This document shows, one piece after another, positions 9,825 through 18,310 of a stretch of 37,242 bases of DNA (the first letter of the stretch is position 1; each line of letters begins with the position of its first letter). Location of the stretch: assembly GCA_964615385.1 (NCBI GenBank), contig CAZTMQ010000002.1, positions 1-37,242 on the forward strand. Direction: 5' to 3'. Below the pieces are notes generated by a model, which saw nothing but the letters and a program-made list of their open reading frames with translations, did not search any database and was not told where the DNA came from. A program made the translations under genes and the position numbers. This DNA is from an uncultured Methanosarcinales archaeon (GTDB lineage Archaea > Nanobdellota > Nanobdellia > Woesearchaeales > UBA119).

Positions 9825-11075
9825 ATGACGAATATATCGCTATATTTTCAGGTACACCAGCCATATAGGGTTAGGAGGTTTACTGTTTTTGATATCTCAA
9901 AAAGTGATAGCTACTTTGATGAGCAAAAGAATTTTGAGGTATTAGAAAAGGTTTCCAAGAAATGTTATATTCCTACTACCCAAATGCTTATTGAGTTATT
10001 AAAAAAATACCCTGATTTCAAGATTGCATTTAGCTTTTCAGGAGTGTTTTTAGATCAGGTAAGAAGTTATTTTCCAGAGCTTTTATCCCTTTTTAAAAGG
10101 ATATGCACTAGTAAAAATGTTGAAGTGCTCGATGAAACATATTATCACTCCCTTGCATTCATTCATTCTAAAGAAGAATATAAAGAACAAATACTTTTAC
10201 ATAGACAGCTTATAGATTCACTGTTTTCTAAAAAGCCAACTACATTTCGAAATACCGAGCTTGTATACTCTAATGAGATTGCCGATTTCGCTTCAAGCCT
10301 TGGTTATGATGCAATTCTTGCTGAAGGAGCAGATTTCGTGTTAAAAGGAAACTCGCCAAACAAGGTTTATACAAATCCAAAAAAAACAATATCCGTTCTT
10401 TTGAAGAATTACAGATTATCAGATGACATCGCATTTAGGTTTTCTGATAAAAACTGGAAGGAGTGGCCTCTTAAGGCTGAAAAGTACATTGAATGGATTG
10501 GACAATCGGGCTTTGGCTCAGATGTAATCAATCTTTTTATGGATTACGAAACATTTGGAGAACACCAATGGGAAGATACCGGAATTTTTAATTTTTTCAG
10601 CAAATTCATAGAATACTCAAATAGGTATAACCACAAATTTTTTACACCCGCGCAAAGCGCAAGCACATTTATTCCAGAAAAGGTATACGATGTTCCATTT
10701 TACCTTTCATGGGCGGATACGGAAAGAGACTTATCTGCATGGATTGGTAACAGCATGCAACAAAATGCACTCGCAAAGATATATGAAATTGAATCGCTTG
10801 TTAAGAAATCTAAAGATAAAAATCTAATTGAAACCTGGAGAAAGCTTCAGACCTCTGATCATTTTTATTATATGTGCACCAAGTACTTTAATGATGGCGA
10901 TGTTCATAAATATTTTAGCCCTTATGAAACTCCCTACGATGCATTTGTTTACTTTATGAATATCTTTTCGGATATAAAAACAAGGGCTGAAGAGATTGTT
11001 TCAAAGAACAAGTCATTAAAAGATCATAAAAATCCACTGCAAGTGCCACAGCCCGACCTAAAGGCAGGGATATGA
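9825..11075 (+). CDS. Glycoside hydrolase family 57 protein (alpha-amylase/alpha-glucanotransferase-like)
   Basis: The N-terminal YFQVHQPYR matches GH57 region 1. Candidate catalytic regions are NTELVYSNE and MDYETFGEHQW. Exact specificity cannot be read from sequence. Confidence 0.75.
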   Translation: MTNISLYFQVHQPYRVRRFTVFDISKSDSYFDEQKNFEVLEKVSKKCYIPTTQMLIELLKKYPDFKIAFSFSGVFLDQVRSYFPELLSLFKRICTSKNVEVLDETYYHSLAFIHSKEEYKEQILLHRQLIDSLFSKKPTTFRNTELVYSNEIADFASSLGYDAILAEGADFVLKGNSPNKVYTNPKKTISVLLKNYRLSDDIAFRFSDKNWKEWPLKAEKYIEWIGQSGFGSDVINLFMDYETFGEHQWEDTGIFNFFSKFIEYSNRYNHKFFTPAQSASTFIPEKVYDVPFYLSWADTERDLSAWIGNSMQQNALAKIYEIESLVKKSKDKNLIETWRKLQTSDHFYYMCTKYFNDGDVHKYFSPYETPYDAFVYFMNIFSDIKTRAEEIVSKNKSLKDHKNPLQVPQPDLKAGI

Positions 11076-11293
11076 TGTGAACAATGAATTGACAAGTGAA
11101 TTTTTAGGATCCTAAAAAATTCGCCCAAAAGACGTGGTAAAGGGTTTTAAAGCCCACATAAAAAGTGAATTGTGCATAACAAAGAAGATTTTTTAATTAA
11201 GCAAGAAAAGACTAAGGATTTACAGTAACTTTAGATTTTATGGCGCAAAAATGATTGCCAATTATTGGTGATTGAGCTATAATTTTTGGATAT

Positions 11294-11553
11294 TTGATTT
11301 CATGAATCCGTCATTCGCATACTTTGGTCAATAGAAAAGCATACCTCGTTTTTCAACACGAGGACTCGGTACGCTTTTTTGTAATCAACAACCTCGCTGA
11401 ATACAGCACATGCTTTTATATTACCAACATACCTCGCCCTTTAGGGTGAGGTTGTTGATTTTTTAAGCCAAAGTAAGAATAGACGGATTCATGGACGAAA
11501 AACCTCGACTATCCACGAGATACCTCGACATTTATGCCGAGGTTTTTCATTTT
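11294..11553 (+). repeat. Structured repeat element, copy A (long form); possible ncRNA or cis-regulatory leader
   Basis: It shares both flanks with 26075..26204. The left arm GAATCCGTCATTCGCATACTTTGG (11304..11327) pairs with CCAAAGTAAGAATAGACGGATTC (11468..11490). About 135 nt lies between the arms and contains extra hairpins (CCTCGT/ACGAGG; ATCAACAACCTC/GAGGTTGTTGAT). The 3' module ACCTCG-N10-CGAGGT is followed by TTTTT. Confidence 0.8.
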
Positions 11554-11598
11554 AAAAAATTCAACAAAGTGAAAATTATTTTAAAGAGGTGTTTTAAG

Positions 11599-11973
11599 AT
11601 GAAAACTAAAAGCCCAAAGGGCACAACAAAGAAAAAGGCAGCTAACACAACGCTCAAGCAGGCCACAAAAAAGGTAGTATTATCAAAGCTTTGCGAGGAT
11701 GTTGGAGAAGATAAGAAGTTTTTAGTTGCAAATGGAGAGATCCTCTCAAATATCTGGGACCTAATCCATCTGCTGGACCATGTTGATGATTACACATTTT
11801 ATCATCACGTAAATGATGAAAAGAACGATTTTTACAATTGGATTAAGGAGATGTATGGTGATGGGGAATTTGAGAAGGTCATACTTCCAATAAGAAACCC
11901 AAAGGAATTAGAAATTGCAATCTTGAAGTATATAATCAATATGCTTTCAAAGGATAAGCAATTTAGCCTATAG
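11599..11973 (+). CDS. Small protein: lysine-rich N-terminus plus recurrent FxLxNG...HHVN..NDFxxW domain
   Basis: ATG 11599 follows AGAGGTG. The 5' part of track ORF 11491 lies inside the non-coding repeat element. Domain sequence: KKFLVANGEILSNIWDLIHLLDHVDDYTFYHHVNDEKNDFYNWIKEMY. Confidence 0.7.
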   Translation: MKTKSPKGTTKKKAANTTLKQATKKVVLSKLCEDVGEDKKFLVANGEILSNIWDLIHLLDHVDDYTFYHHVNDEKNDFYNWIKEMYGDGEFEKVILPIRNPKELEIAILKYIINMLSKDKQFSL

Positions 11974-12118
11974 TTAAAATAATTTTAGCGGTTTTCCCTT
12001 GGAGTTAGGATGCTTTTAGCACACAGGGATTTTATTTTAAATTAAGAGAGTGGTTTTAAAATAATTTTTTGCTTAACTTTTTGTAAGGGTTATGTTTTAA
12101 AAAATATCAAGAGGTGGT

Positions 12119-13921
12119 TTGGTTTTGGCAAGAGCCAATTTTGTATTTGAGGTATCCTGGGAAGTCTGCAATATGGTTGGTGGGATATATAGGGTAGTTG
12201 AATCCAAAGCGAGATACATGACTCAAAAATATGATAAATCGTATTTTCTTTTAGGCCCTTATTTCCCAGATAAAAATGTAGGCAACTTTGTTGAGGAGCC
12301 TATGCCTAAAACAATCAAAAAAATCTTTGAAACATTAAAGGCAAAAGGAATCACCTGTTACTTTGGAAAATGGAGAATCCCTGGTTCTCCTCAAACAATA
12401 TTAATAGATTTCTCAAAGGCGGGCTATCTAAATAATGAGATTAAAGGCAGGTACTGGAATAACTTTGGGATTGATTCGCTTAATACTAGCTACTACGATT
12501 ATGACGAGCCTATTCTTTGGTCAAGTTGCGCAGGAATGCTTATTGAGGAATTTCAAAAGGCAAGCCCTGAAAATAATATCGTAGCTCAGTTTCATGAGTG
12601 GCTTAGCGGAGGTGGAATTCTTCATCTTAAATCTATAAACTCAAAAGTTGCCTGTGTATTCACAACCCATGCAACTGTAATGGGAAGGGCCATCGCAGGC
12701 AAAAACATGGAAGTATTCTTCGAGGCACAAAGGATATCTGACTTTGATTTAGAGGCAAAGAAATACTCACTTTCTGCAAAGCACCTAACTGAAAAGGTAT
12801 GTGCAAATATATCTGAAATTTTCTCAACTGTTAGTGAGATAACATCAAAAGAAGCTGAAAAAATTCTATCAAAAAAAGCTGATATCGTTCTCGAAAATGG
12901 CATAAACCCATATTCTTACCCTACGTTCGAAGAAATATCTGTAAAGCATAAGAGCAACTGCGTAAAACAAAGAAAATTCATGATGGAGTACTTTTACCCA
13001 TATTATACATTCGATATTGAACAAACACTCACGTTTTTTATATCAAGCAGGTATGAATTCTATTCAAAGGGAATGAACATTCTCATCGAGGCGCTTTCAA
13101 TTTTAGACGAGAGGCTCAGAAGAGAGGATTATGAAAAAAAAATAGTGGTTTTCTTTTTTGTCCCCGCAGCAACTAAAGGAATTGACAATAACGTAATAAG
13201 ATCGAAGGTAATTTTTGATGATCTGCTTGAAACGATCAAAGAAAATAATCTTGAAATCACGCAAAGACTTACTTACTCACTACTTAAAGGGGCGAACGCT
13301 TCATATGAAGATATACTCGGGTCAGAGCTTTACGAAAACTTTATAGAATCTAGCAGGATGATTAAAAGAGTCGGAAATCCCCCACTGTCAACACACATAA
13401 TAGCTGATGAAAGTGATTCAATCATTTCAATGCTTAGACGAAAATCCCTTGTTAATTCGCAAGATAATATTGTTAAAACAATCTTTTATCCCATTTACCT
13501 AAACGGTCCAGATGGACTTTTGGATATGGATTATAATGAGGCAATCAGTGCAAGCCATTTAGCAATCTTCCCTTCAACTTACGAGCCGTGGGGCTACACT
13601 CCTTTAGAGGCAATATCCTGCGGTGTGCCTGCCATAACATCAAACCTTGCAGGCTATGGCAAATTCATCCTAGAAAAAGATGCACAAGATAAGGGAATTT
13701 TCGTTTTAGATTTTGAGAATAAAGGCTTTGAGGATCGTGCAATAGCCCTTGCCAAAAAGCTTTATTGGTACTGCTCACTTGATAGAAACCAAAGGGTTGA
13801 CATGAAAATTTTAGCAAAACAAACATCTAATCTTGCAAGTTGGGAAACTTTAGCAAACAAGTATTTTGAGGCGCACGAGATTGCCATTTCAAAAGCATTA
13901 TCAAAAAGAGGTGGCGCTTAG
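12119..13921 (+). CDS. GT3-family (animal/fungal-type) glycogen synthase
   Basis: FEVSWEVCNMVGGIYRVVESKA, HEWLSGGG, FTTHATVMGR and FPSTYEPWGYTPLEAISCGVPAITSNLAGYG closely mirror conserved blocks of eukaryotic glycogen synthase. The start is TTG at 12119 or TTG at 12125, behind GAGGTGG. Confidence 0.85.
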   Translation: MVLARANFVFEVSWEVCNMVGGIYRVVESKARYMTQKYDKSYFLLGPYFPDKNVGNFVEEPMPKTIKKIFETLKAKGITCYFGKWRIPGSPQTILIDFSKAGYLNNEIKGRYWNNFGIDSLNTSYYDYDEPILWSSCAGMLIEEFQKASPENNIVAQFHEWLSGGGILHLKSINSKVACVFTTHATVMGRAIAGKNMEVFFEAQRISDFDLEAKKYSLSAKHLTEKVCANISEIFSTVSEITSKEAEKILSKKADIVLENGINPYSYPTFEEISVKHKSNCVKQRKFMMEYFYPYYTFDIEQTLTFFISSRYEFYSKGMNILIEALSILDERLRREDYEKKIVVFFFVPAATKGIDNNVIRSKVIFDDLLETIKENNLEITQRLTYSLLKGANASYEDILGSELYENFIESSRMIKRVGNPPLSTHIIADESDSIISMLRRKSLVNSQDNIVKTIFYPIYLNGPDGLLDMDYNEAISASHLAIFPSTYEPWGYTPLEAISCGVPAITSNLAGYGKFILEKDAQDKGIFVLDFENKGFEDRAIALAKKLYWYCSLDRNQRVDMKILAKQTSNLASWETLANKYFEAHEIAISKALSKRGGA

Positions 13922-13922
13922 A

Positions 13923-14927
13923 ATGGAGCTAAGAAAAGATTATGTGCTTCCAAGATTTGTTTATATCGCAGCCAATCGGGCAAAAAGGCCAAGGGATTTG
14001 GCTAAAAAGGAACAGCAGCTTCAAAACGGTGAAAGCGATAACGATAAGGGTGAGAGCGCTAAAGCCCATCTTTTAAGTAAAGCGAGTTGCCCTTTTTGCC
14101 CGGGCAATGAAATAATGACAACGTGTGAGATAGGCAGAATTCCGTTGCAAGGCTCTAAGGATTTATGGGATATGAGATGGTTTAAGAATAAATTTCCTAT
14201 TGCTGATCTTAAGGGAAATAATAAGATTAATACTGATAACAATTTTTTTACATATTCAGATTCTTTTGGAAGACATGAAATACTAGTTGAAACAAATAAT
14301 CATACTGAACAATTTTGGGATTTCTCTCCAAAAAGGGTGACTCAGATTTTTAAGATATATGTTGAAAGGGAAAATGAGCTTAAGAAGATTAAAGGGATAC
14401 AATATGTGGTTATTTTTAAGAATCACGGAGAACAGGCAGGCATTTCTTTAATTCATTCGCATAGCCAGATACTTGCAATTAACCACATTCCGGCGATAGT
14501 CCTTCAGAAATCTATAAATAGCTCAAAGTATGGAGACTGTGCTTACTGCAGAATATTAAACATTGAAAAGGATTCATTAAGGAGAGTTTTTGAAACCGAG
14601 AATTTTGTATCATTTACTCCTTATGCATCAAGGTCCATGTTTGAGGTTAATATATTTCCTAAAAGGCATGTGCGTTTCTTTTCTGAGCTTGAGGAGAATT
14701 TCGATGAGCTTTCCGAGCTTCTCTTAAGAATTCTTAAAAGGCTAAAGGTTATCAACGCGCCGTTTAATATTAATTTCATTGAATCGCCAAATTCATTTGA
14801 CCTTCACTTTCACATTTCAATTGAACCCAGGCTTTCAACTTGGGCAGGGGTTGAGCTTACAGGCACTTATGTGAATAGCATGTCGCCTGAAGACGCTGCT
14901 GCATTTTATAGAGGTGAACTTGAATGA
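13923..14927 (+). CDS. GalT-like HIT-superfamily nucleotidyltransferase (hexose-1-phosphate uridylyltransferase / NDP-glucose phosphorylase family)
   Basis: Zinc motif CPFCPGNE and active-site HSHSQ (HxHxQ). ATG 13923 follows GAGGTGG and starts 1 nt after the synthase stop. Its stop overlaps the next gene (ATGA). Confidence 0.78.
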   Translation: MELRKDYVLPRFVYIAANRAKRPRDLAKKEQQLQNGESDNDKGESAKAHLLSKASCPFCPGNEIMTTCEIGRIPLQGSKDLWDMRWFKNKFPIADLKGNNKINTDNNFFTYSDSFGRHEILVETNNHTEQFWDFSPKRVTQIFKIYVERENELKKIKGIQYVVIFKNHGEQAGISLIHSHSQILAINHIPAIVLQKSINSSKYGDCAYCRILNIEKDSLRRVFETENFVSFTPYASRSMFEVNIFPKRHVRFFSELEENFDELSELLLRILKRLKVINAPFNINFIESPNSFDLHFHISIEPRLSTWAGVELTGTYVNSMSPEDAAAFYRGELE

Positions 14928-16777
14928 TAGAGATAATTTATAAGTCAAAGAATAAAACTCTTAGCTTAAACACGGATTCTGATAGTAGGGTTTTACTTTC
15001 AGATAAATCAGGGTGTTTTTGCTCATTTTCTCCCGCAAATCAGAGCAGATATGATGGGTTTTATTATTTTCACAAAGGGAAGTTAGGGGAACGCGAGATG
15101 TTTAAGGTCTTGGACCATTTTGAAGTAGAGGGATTTAGGGCGATTCCAACATCTATTGAAGTTTCCAAAGAGAAGGTTGTAAAGGCCTTTGAAAAAAACG
15201 AAGAAAGATTTTTTATGCCCGATTCTAAGAAATCCTTTTTTTATGGATTGAAAAAGCCTGATAAGATTAAGCCTTTTTTTGATGTTAAATCAATTTATGA
15301 TAACAGCGAATGGGGAAGGCAATATTTAGTTGAGCTTTTTGAAAATTATGCGCTAATTTCTTTTAAAAAGAGTATAGAAGAAAGCGAGAAGGGGCTTTCA
15401 AACCTAAAGGAGTTTGAGATGTTTGTAGCCGTTGGCTTTAAGGGCATCGCAAAAAGGATTGATGAATGGAAGAGGGTTGATTATCCTCATGATAAAGCAA
15501 GAAATTCACCTCCTTTTGAAAGGCACGTTTATTCGCCTCTCGAAATATTCTCGGATAAGATTGTAATTACTGCCGGGTTTAATAAGACAGGGGTTGTAGA
15601 CAATGCAAAATCTTACATTAGGCGCTTTGATGCTTTAGAAAAGCAATTGGAAGAACTTGATGAAAAGAGCTTTAAATATCCACATCTTGAATTTGCCTAT
15701 GCGTTTGCAAAGAGAAATATTGAGTTTTTAGGTGTGAATGAGCAGTATTATTTTGCAGGATTTCCCTGGTTTTGCCAGGAATGGCCCAGGGATGAAGCGA
15801 TAATGCTATCTGCAATTCTTGAGCAAGACCAGAAAAAAGGTATTGAGATTGCACAAAGGCTCGTGAAGGGCTCTATTGGTGGGAAGTTAAAAAATAAACT
15901 CTCTGAAGATATTGGGACATTTTCAATTGATGCGTTACCCTTTATTTTCAAAAGGCTTAATGATGCTTTAATTTTTAAGCCCGGGAAGAAAAACAGGTTT
16001 AGCTCTTTTGGTGCCACCACTAAGCGAATGTATCTTGATATTATTAAAAAAATGCTTTCAACAATTGATGACATCCAAAAGAATCATATGAGAGCAGGGC
16101 TTGTTTTTTCATACCCACATGAGACCTGGATGGATTCAGTATACGAAGGGGATGATAGGCTTGGCTTCAATATTGAAGTTCAGGCGATGATGATCTATCT
16201 TCTTTCAAGCGCTTATAAGATAACTGGGCGTGAGAAGTACAAGACTGCCGAGATTGATCTTAGAAAGAACGTAATCAAGCATTTTTGGAATGGGCTTTAT
16301 TTGAGTGATAATACTAAGAATAAATGGATTAGGCCAAATGTATTTTTGGCTTATTACTTTGTTCCAAACCTCTTGACTGATGAGGGATGGAAGCTCTGCT
16401 TTGATTATGCGATTAAGGAGCTGTGGCTCACATGGGGAGGCTTTGCAAGCATCCAAAAGAATTCAAGGCTTTATTGCCCATACAATACTGGAGAGGATGT
16501 AAAAAGCTACCATCGCGGAGATTCCTGGTATTTTATTAATAATATTGCGGCTATTGCCCTTAACAGATTTGACCCAAAAAGATATTCAAAGTATGTTTCA
16601 ACGATACTTAGCGCAAGCACATACGATATCTTGTTTGGGCATGCATTAGGTTGTGCATCTGAGATAAGTGATGCAAAAGAACAAAATAGCAAAGGAGCAT
16701 TTGCCCAAGGCTTTAGCGCTTCAACCTACATTGAATTGGTTGATGAGCTTTTTAAGTTTCCAACTGAAAATGATTAG
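14924..16777 (+). CDS. Glycogen debranching enzyme-like protein (amylo-alpha-1,6-glucosidase, GDE C-terminal domain family)
   Basis: 617 aa. GFPWFCQEWPRDEAI resembles the WF..WGRD motif of the (alpha/alpha)6 GDE_C family. It appears translationally coupled to the GalT-like gene. Confidence 0.72.
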   Translation: MIEIIYKSKNKTLSLNTDSDSRVLLSDKSGCFCSFSPANQSRYDGFYYFHKGKLGEREMFKVLDHFEVEGFRAIPTSIEVSKEKVVKAFEKNEERFFMPDSKKSFFYGLKKPDKIKPFFDVKSIYDNSEWGRQYLVELFENYALISFKKSIEESEKGLSNLKEFEMFVAVGFKGIAKRIDEWKRVDYPHDKARNSPPFERHVYSPLEIFSDKIVITAGFNKTGVVDNAKSYIRRFDALEKQLEELDEKSFKYPHLEFAYAFAKRNIEFLGVNEQYYFAGFPWFCQEWPRDEAIMLSAILEQDQKKGIEIAQRLVKGSIGGKLKNKLSEDIGTFSIDALPFIFKRLNDALIFKPGKKNRFSSFGATTKRMYLDIIKKMLSTIDDIQKNHMRAGLVFSYPHETWMDSVYEGDDRLGFNIEVQAMMIYLLSSAYKITGREKYKTAEIDLRKNVIKHFWNGLYLSDNTKNKWIRPNVFLAYYFVPNLLTDEGWKLCFDYAIKELWLTWGGFASIQKNSRLYCPYNTGEDVKSYHRGDSWYFINNIAAIALNRFDPKRYSKYVSTILSASTYDILFGHALGCASEISDAKEQNSKGAFAQGFSASTYIELVDELFKFPTEND

Positions 16778-16905
16778 AGATTAAGAAGAGCTAAAGGTAT
16801 TAGGTTTTTGGTAATGGAGTTCTTTAGCGCTCGTCTACATATCTTGTTGAACAGTGTTGTTTGAAATGACAAAACGTTTTTAATATATTCTTTTAATTAC
16901 AACGA

Positions 16906-16915
16906 TTTATATAAA
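16906..16915 (+). promoter_or_regulatory. TATA box for the thyX-like gene (leaderless-type spacing)
   Basis: TTTATATAAA is centred ~27 nt upstream of ATG 16937. Confidence 0.45.
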
Positions 16916-16936
16916 CTTAGGCAAAATTCTATTGTT

Positions 16937-18097
16937 ATGAATATTGAGCTAATTGCTTCCACAAATGGCATCACTGGTTCTAAAGAGATGATTGAATTTG
17001 GATTAAGGTGCGCAAGAATATGCAATTCATATAAAGACTGGAATGAAATTCAAAATGAGCCTGTTAATGAAAATTTATTATCGAGGCTTATAAAATCAGG
17101 CCATCATAGCGTATTTGAGCACATGAATCTAACCTTTAATTTTGATGGAATGCCTAAGGCCTTAGCAATGTTATTTAACAATGAGAAACAATATGCTACT
17201 TCTGAGAAATCTGCCAGATACACTGTAATGTCTGAAATAGAGCCTAAACAAAAGGCACTTTATGATAAGTGGATGGATATTTTAATTCCTGAAATTGATA
17301 AGGTCTATCCAAAGACAAAATCTTCTTTAGTCTCGGATGATTCTATTAGAGAGACACCAATAAAAAAGCTGGCACAGGAAAATGCAAGGTATATGACAAG
17401 CGTATTTACACCTACAAAAATGATTCATACGCTGAATTTGAGGCAATTAAATTTTATTTGCCAACAGTTTGAGATGTTTGCTTTGGCATATGACCATGAT
17501 GTTGATGAGTTTAAAGCCAGGCTTGCGAAAGAGATGAAGGAATTTTTAGATCAGACCGGGAATTTCAGGATTGATGGCTTAGATAATCAAACAGACAGGG
17601 AGCTATCGTATTTTCAAAAAGACGATTTGGTATTAGTAAGCGAAGATTCAGATTTATATTCAAGAGTTTATCAGCTAAGTTTTGCAGGTTTTGCACAGGC
17701 GCAAAGGCATAGAACAATTAGCTATAATGTTTTATCAGGAACTTTGCTAGGAGCAAATGAAGGATTTTACGTTCCTCCTATCGTTAGGGAAGCTGGAAGG
17801 GAATCAGAATGGATTGAGGATTTAACAAAGGTAGCAAAAGAGGATTTTCCACAGGCCCAGCTACTAACGATATATGAAAGAGGGAGAATTGAGGATTTTA
17901 GGTCTAAGGCGTTATTAAGACTTTGTGGTCATGCCCAGTTAGAGATTATGCAAAATACTCTTGAAACTGCAAAAAGCTATAAAACCTACAATGACCTCTA
18001 CGTTGCAAAGGCACTTAAACCAAAATGCCTACAGGGGATTAAATGCCCTGCTCCTTGCGCTTGGCCGGGTATGAGTGCGTTGGAAAGGATAGTTTAG
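16937..18097 (+). CDS. thyX: FAD-dependent thymidylate synthase ThyX-like, internally duplicated
   Basis: SGHHSVFEH, S.KSARY, RHRTISYNVLSG and LRLCGHAQLEI motifs are all present. They are spread over two tandem ThyX-like halves of a 386-aa protein. Confidence 0.75.
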   Translation: MNIELIASTNGITGSKEMIEFGLRCARICNSYKDWNEIQNEPVNENLLSRLIKSGHHSVFEHMNLTFNFDGMPKALAMLFNNEKQYATSEKSARYTVMSEIEPKQKALYDKWMDILIPEIDKVYPKTKSSLVSDDSIRETPIKKLAQENARYMTSVFTPTKMIHTLNLRQLNFICQQFEMFALAYDHDVDEFKARLAKEMKEFLDQTGNFRIDGLDNQTDRELSYFQKDDLVLVSEDSDLYSRVYQLSFAGFAQAQRHRTISYNVLSGTLLGANEGFYVPPIVREAGRESEWIEDLTKVAKEDFPQAQLLTIYERGRIEDFRSKALLRLCGHAQLEIMQNTLETAKSYKTYNDLYVAKALKPKCLQGIKCPAPCAWPGMSALERIV

Positions 18098-18310
18098 CAA
18101 AGGCATGAATCATGTTGAATTATATTAAAGGGGGCTAACGATAGTTGTAAGTGATGATTAAGAAGCTAATGTAAAAATATACTTATTTTTTATTTTCGCT
18201 TCTTAATAAAGTGATGATTAAATTTCTTGCAAAACTTTAAAAGAGATGCTTTAACAGTGGCAGTGTTTAATAGTAAAATTTTTAATTTAATTCTTGTTTT
18301 CTGAAGTTTC

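Noticed and set aside
11341-11530. Repeated (A)TACCTCG motifs, considered as a possible mini CRISPR array
   Set aside because: The repeats are only 7-8 nt, are irregularly spaced, and pair with nearby CGAGG(T) complements to form hairpins. No cas genes are present. This is internal structure of the repeat element.
11491-11598. 5' extension of the small domain protein ORF (MDEKPRLSTRYLDIYAEVFHF...)
   Set aside because: This stretch lies entirely inside the repeat element. Its second copy at 26141..26204 has no ATG and is not followed by an in-frame gene. A good AGAGGTG-ATG start exists at 11599.
18151-18305. Canonical C/D box sRNA suggested by two GUGAUGA boxes
   Set aside because: The boxes are 60 nt apart and no CUGA D or D' box occurs at the required spacing. 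The only CTGA is ~80 nt downstream of the second box. It is kept only as an unexplained repeat.
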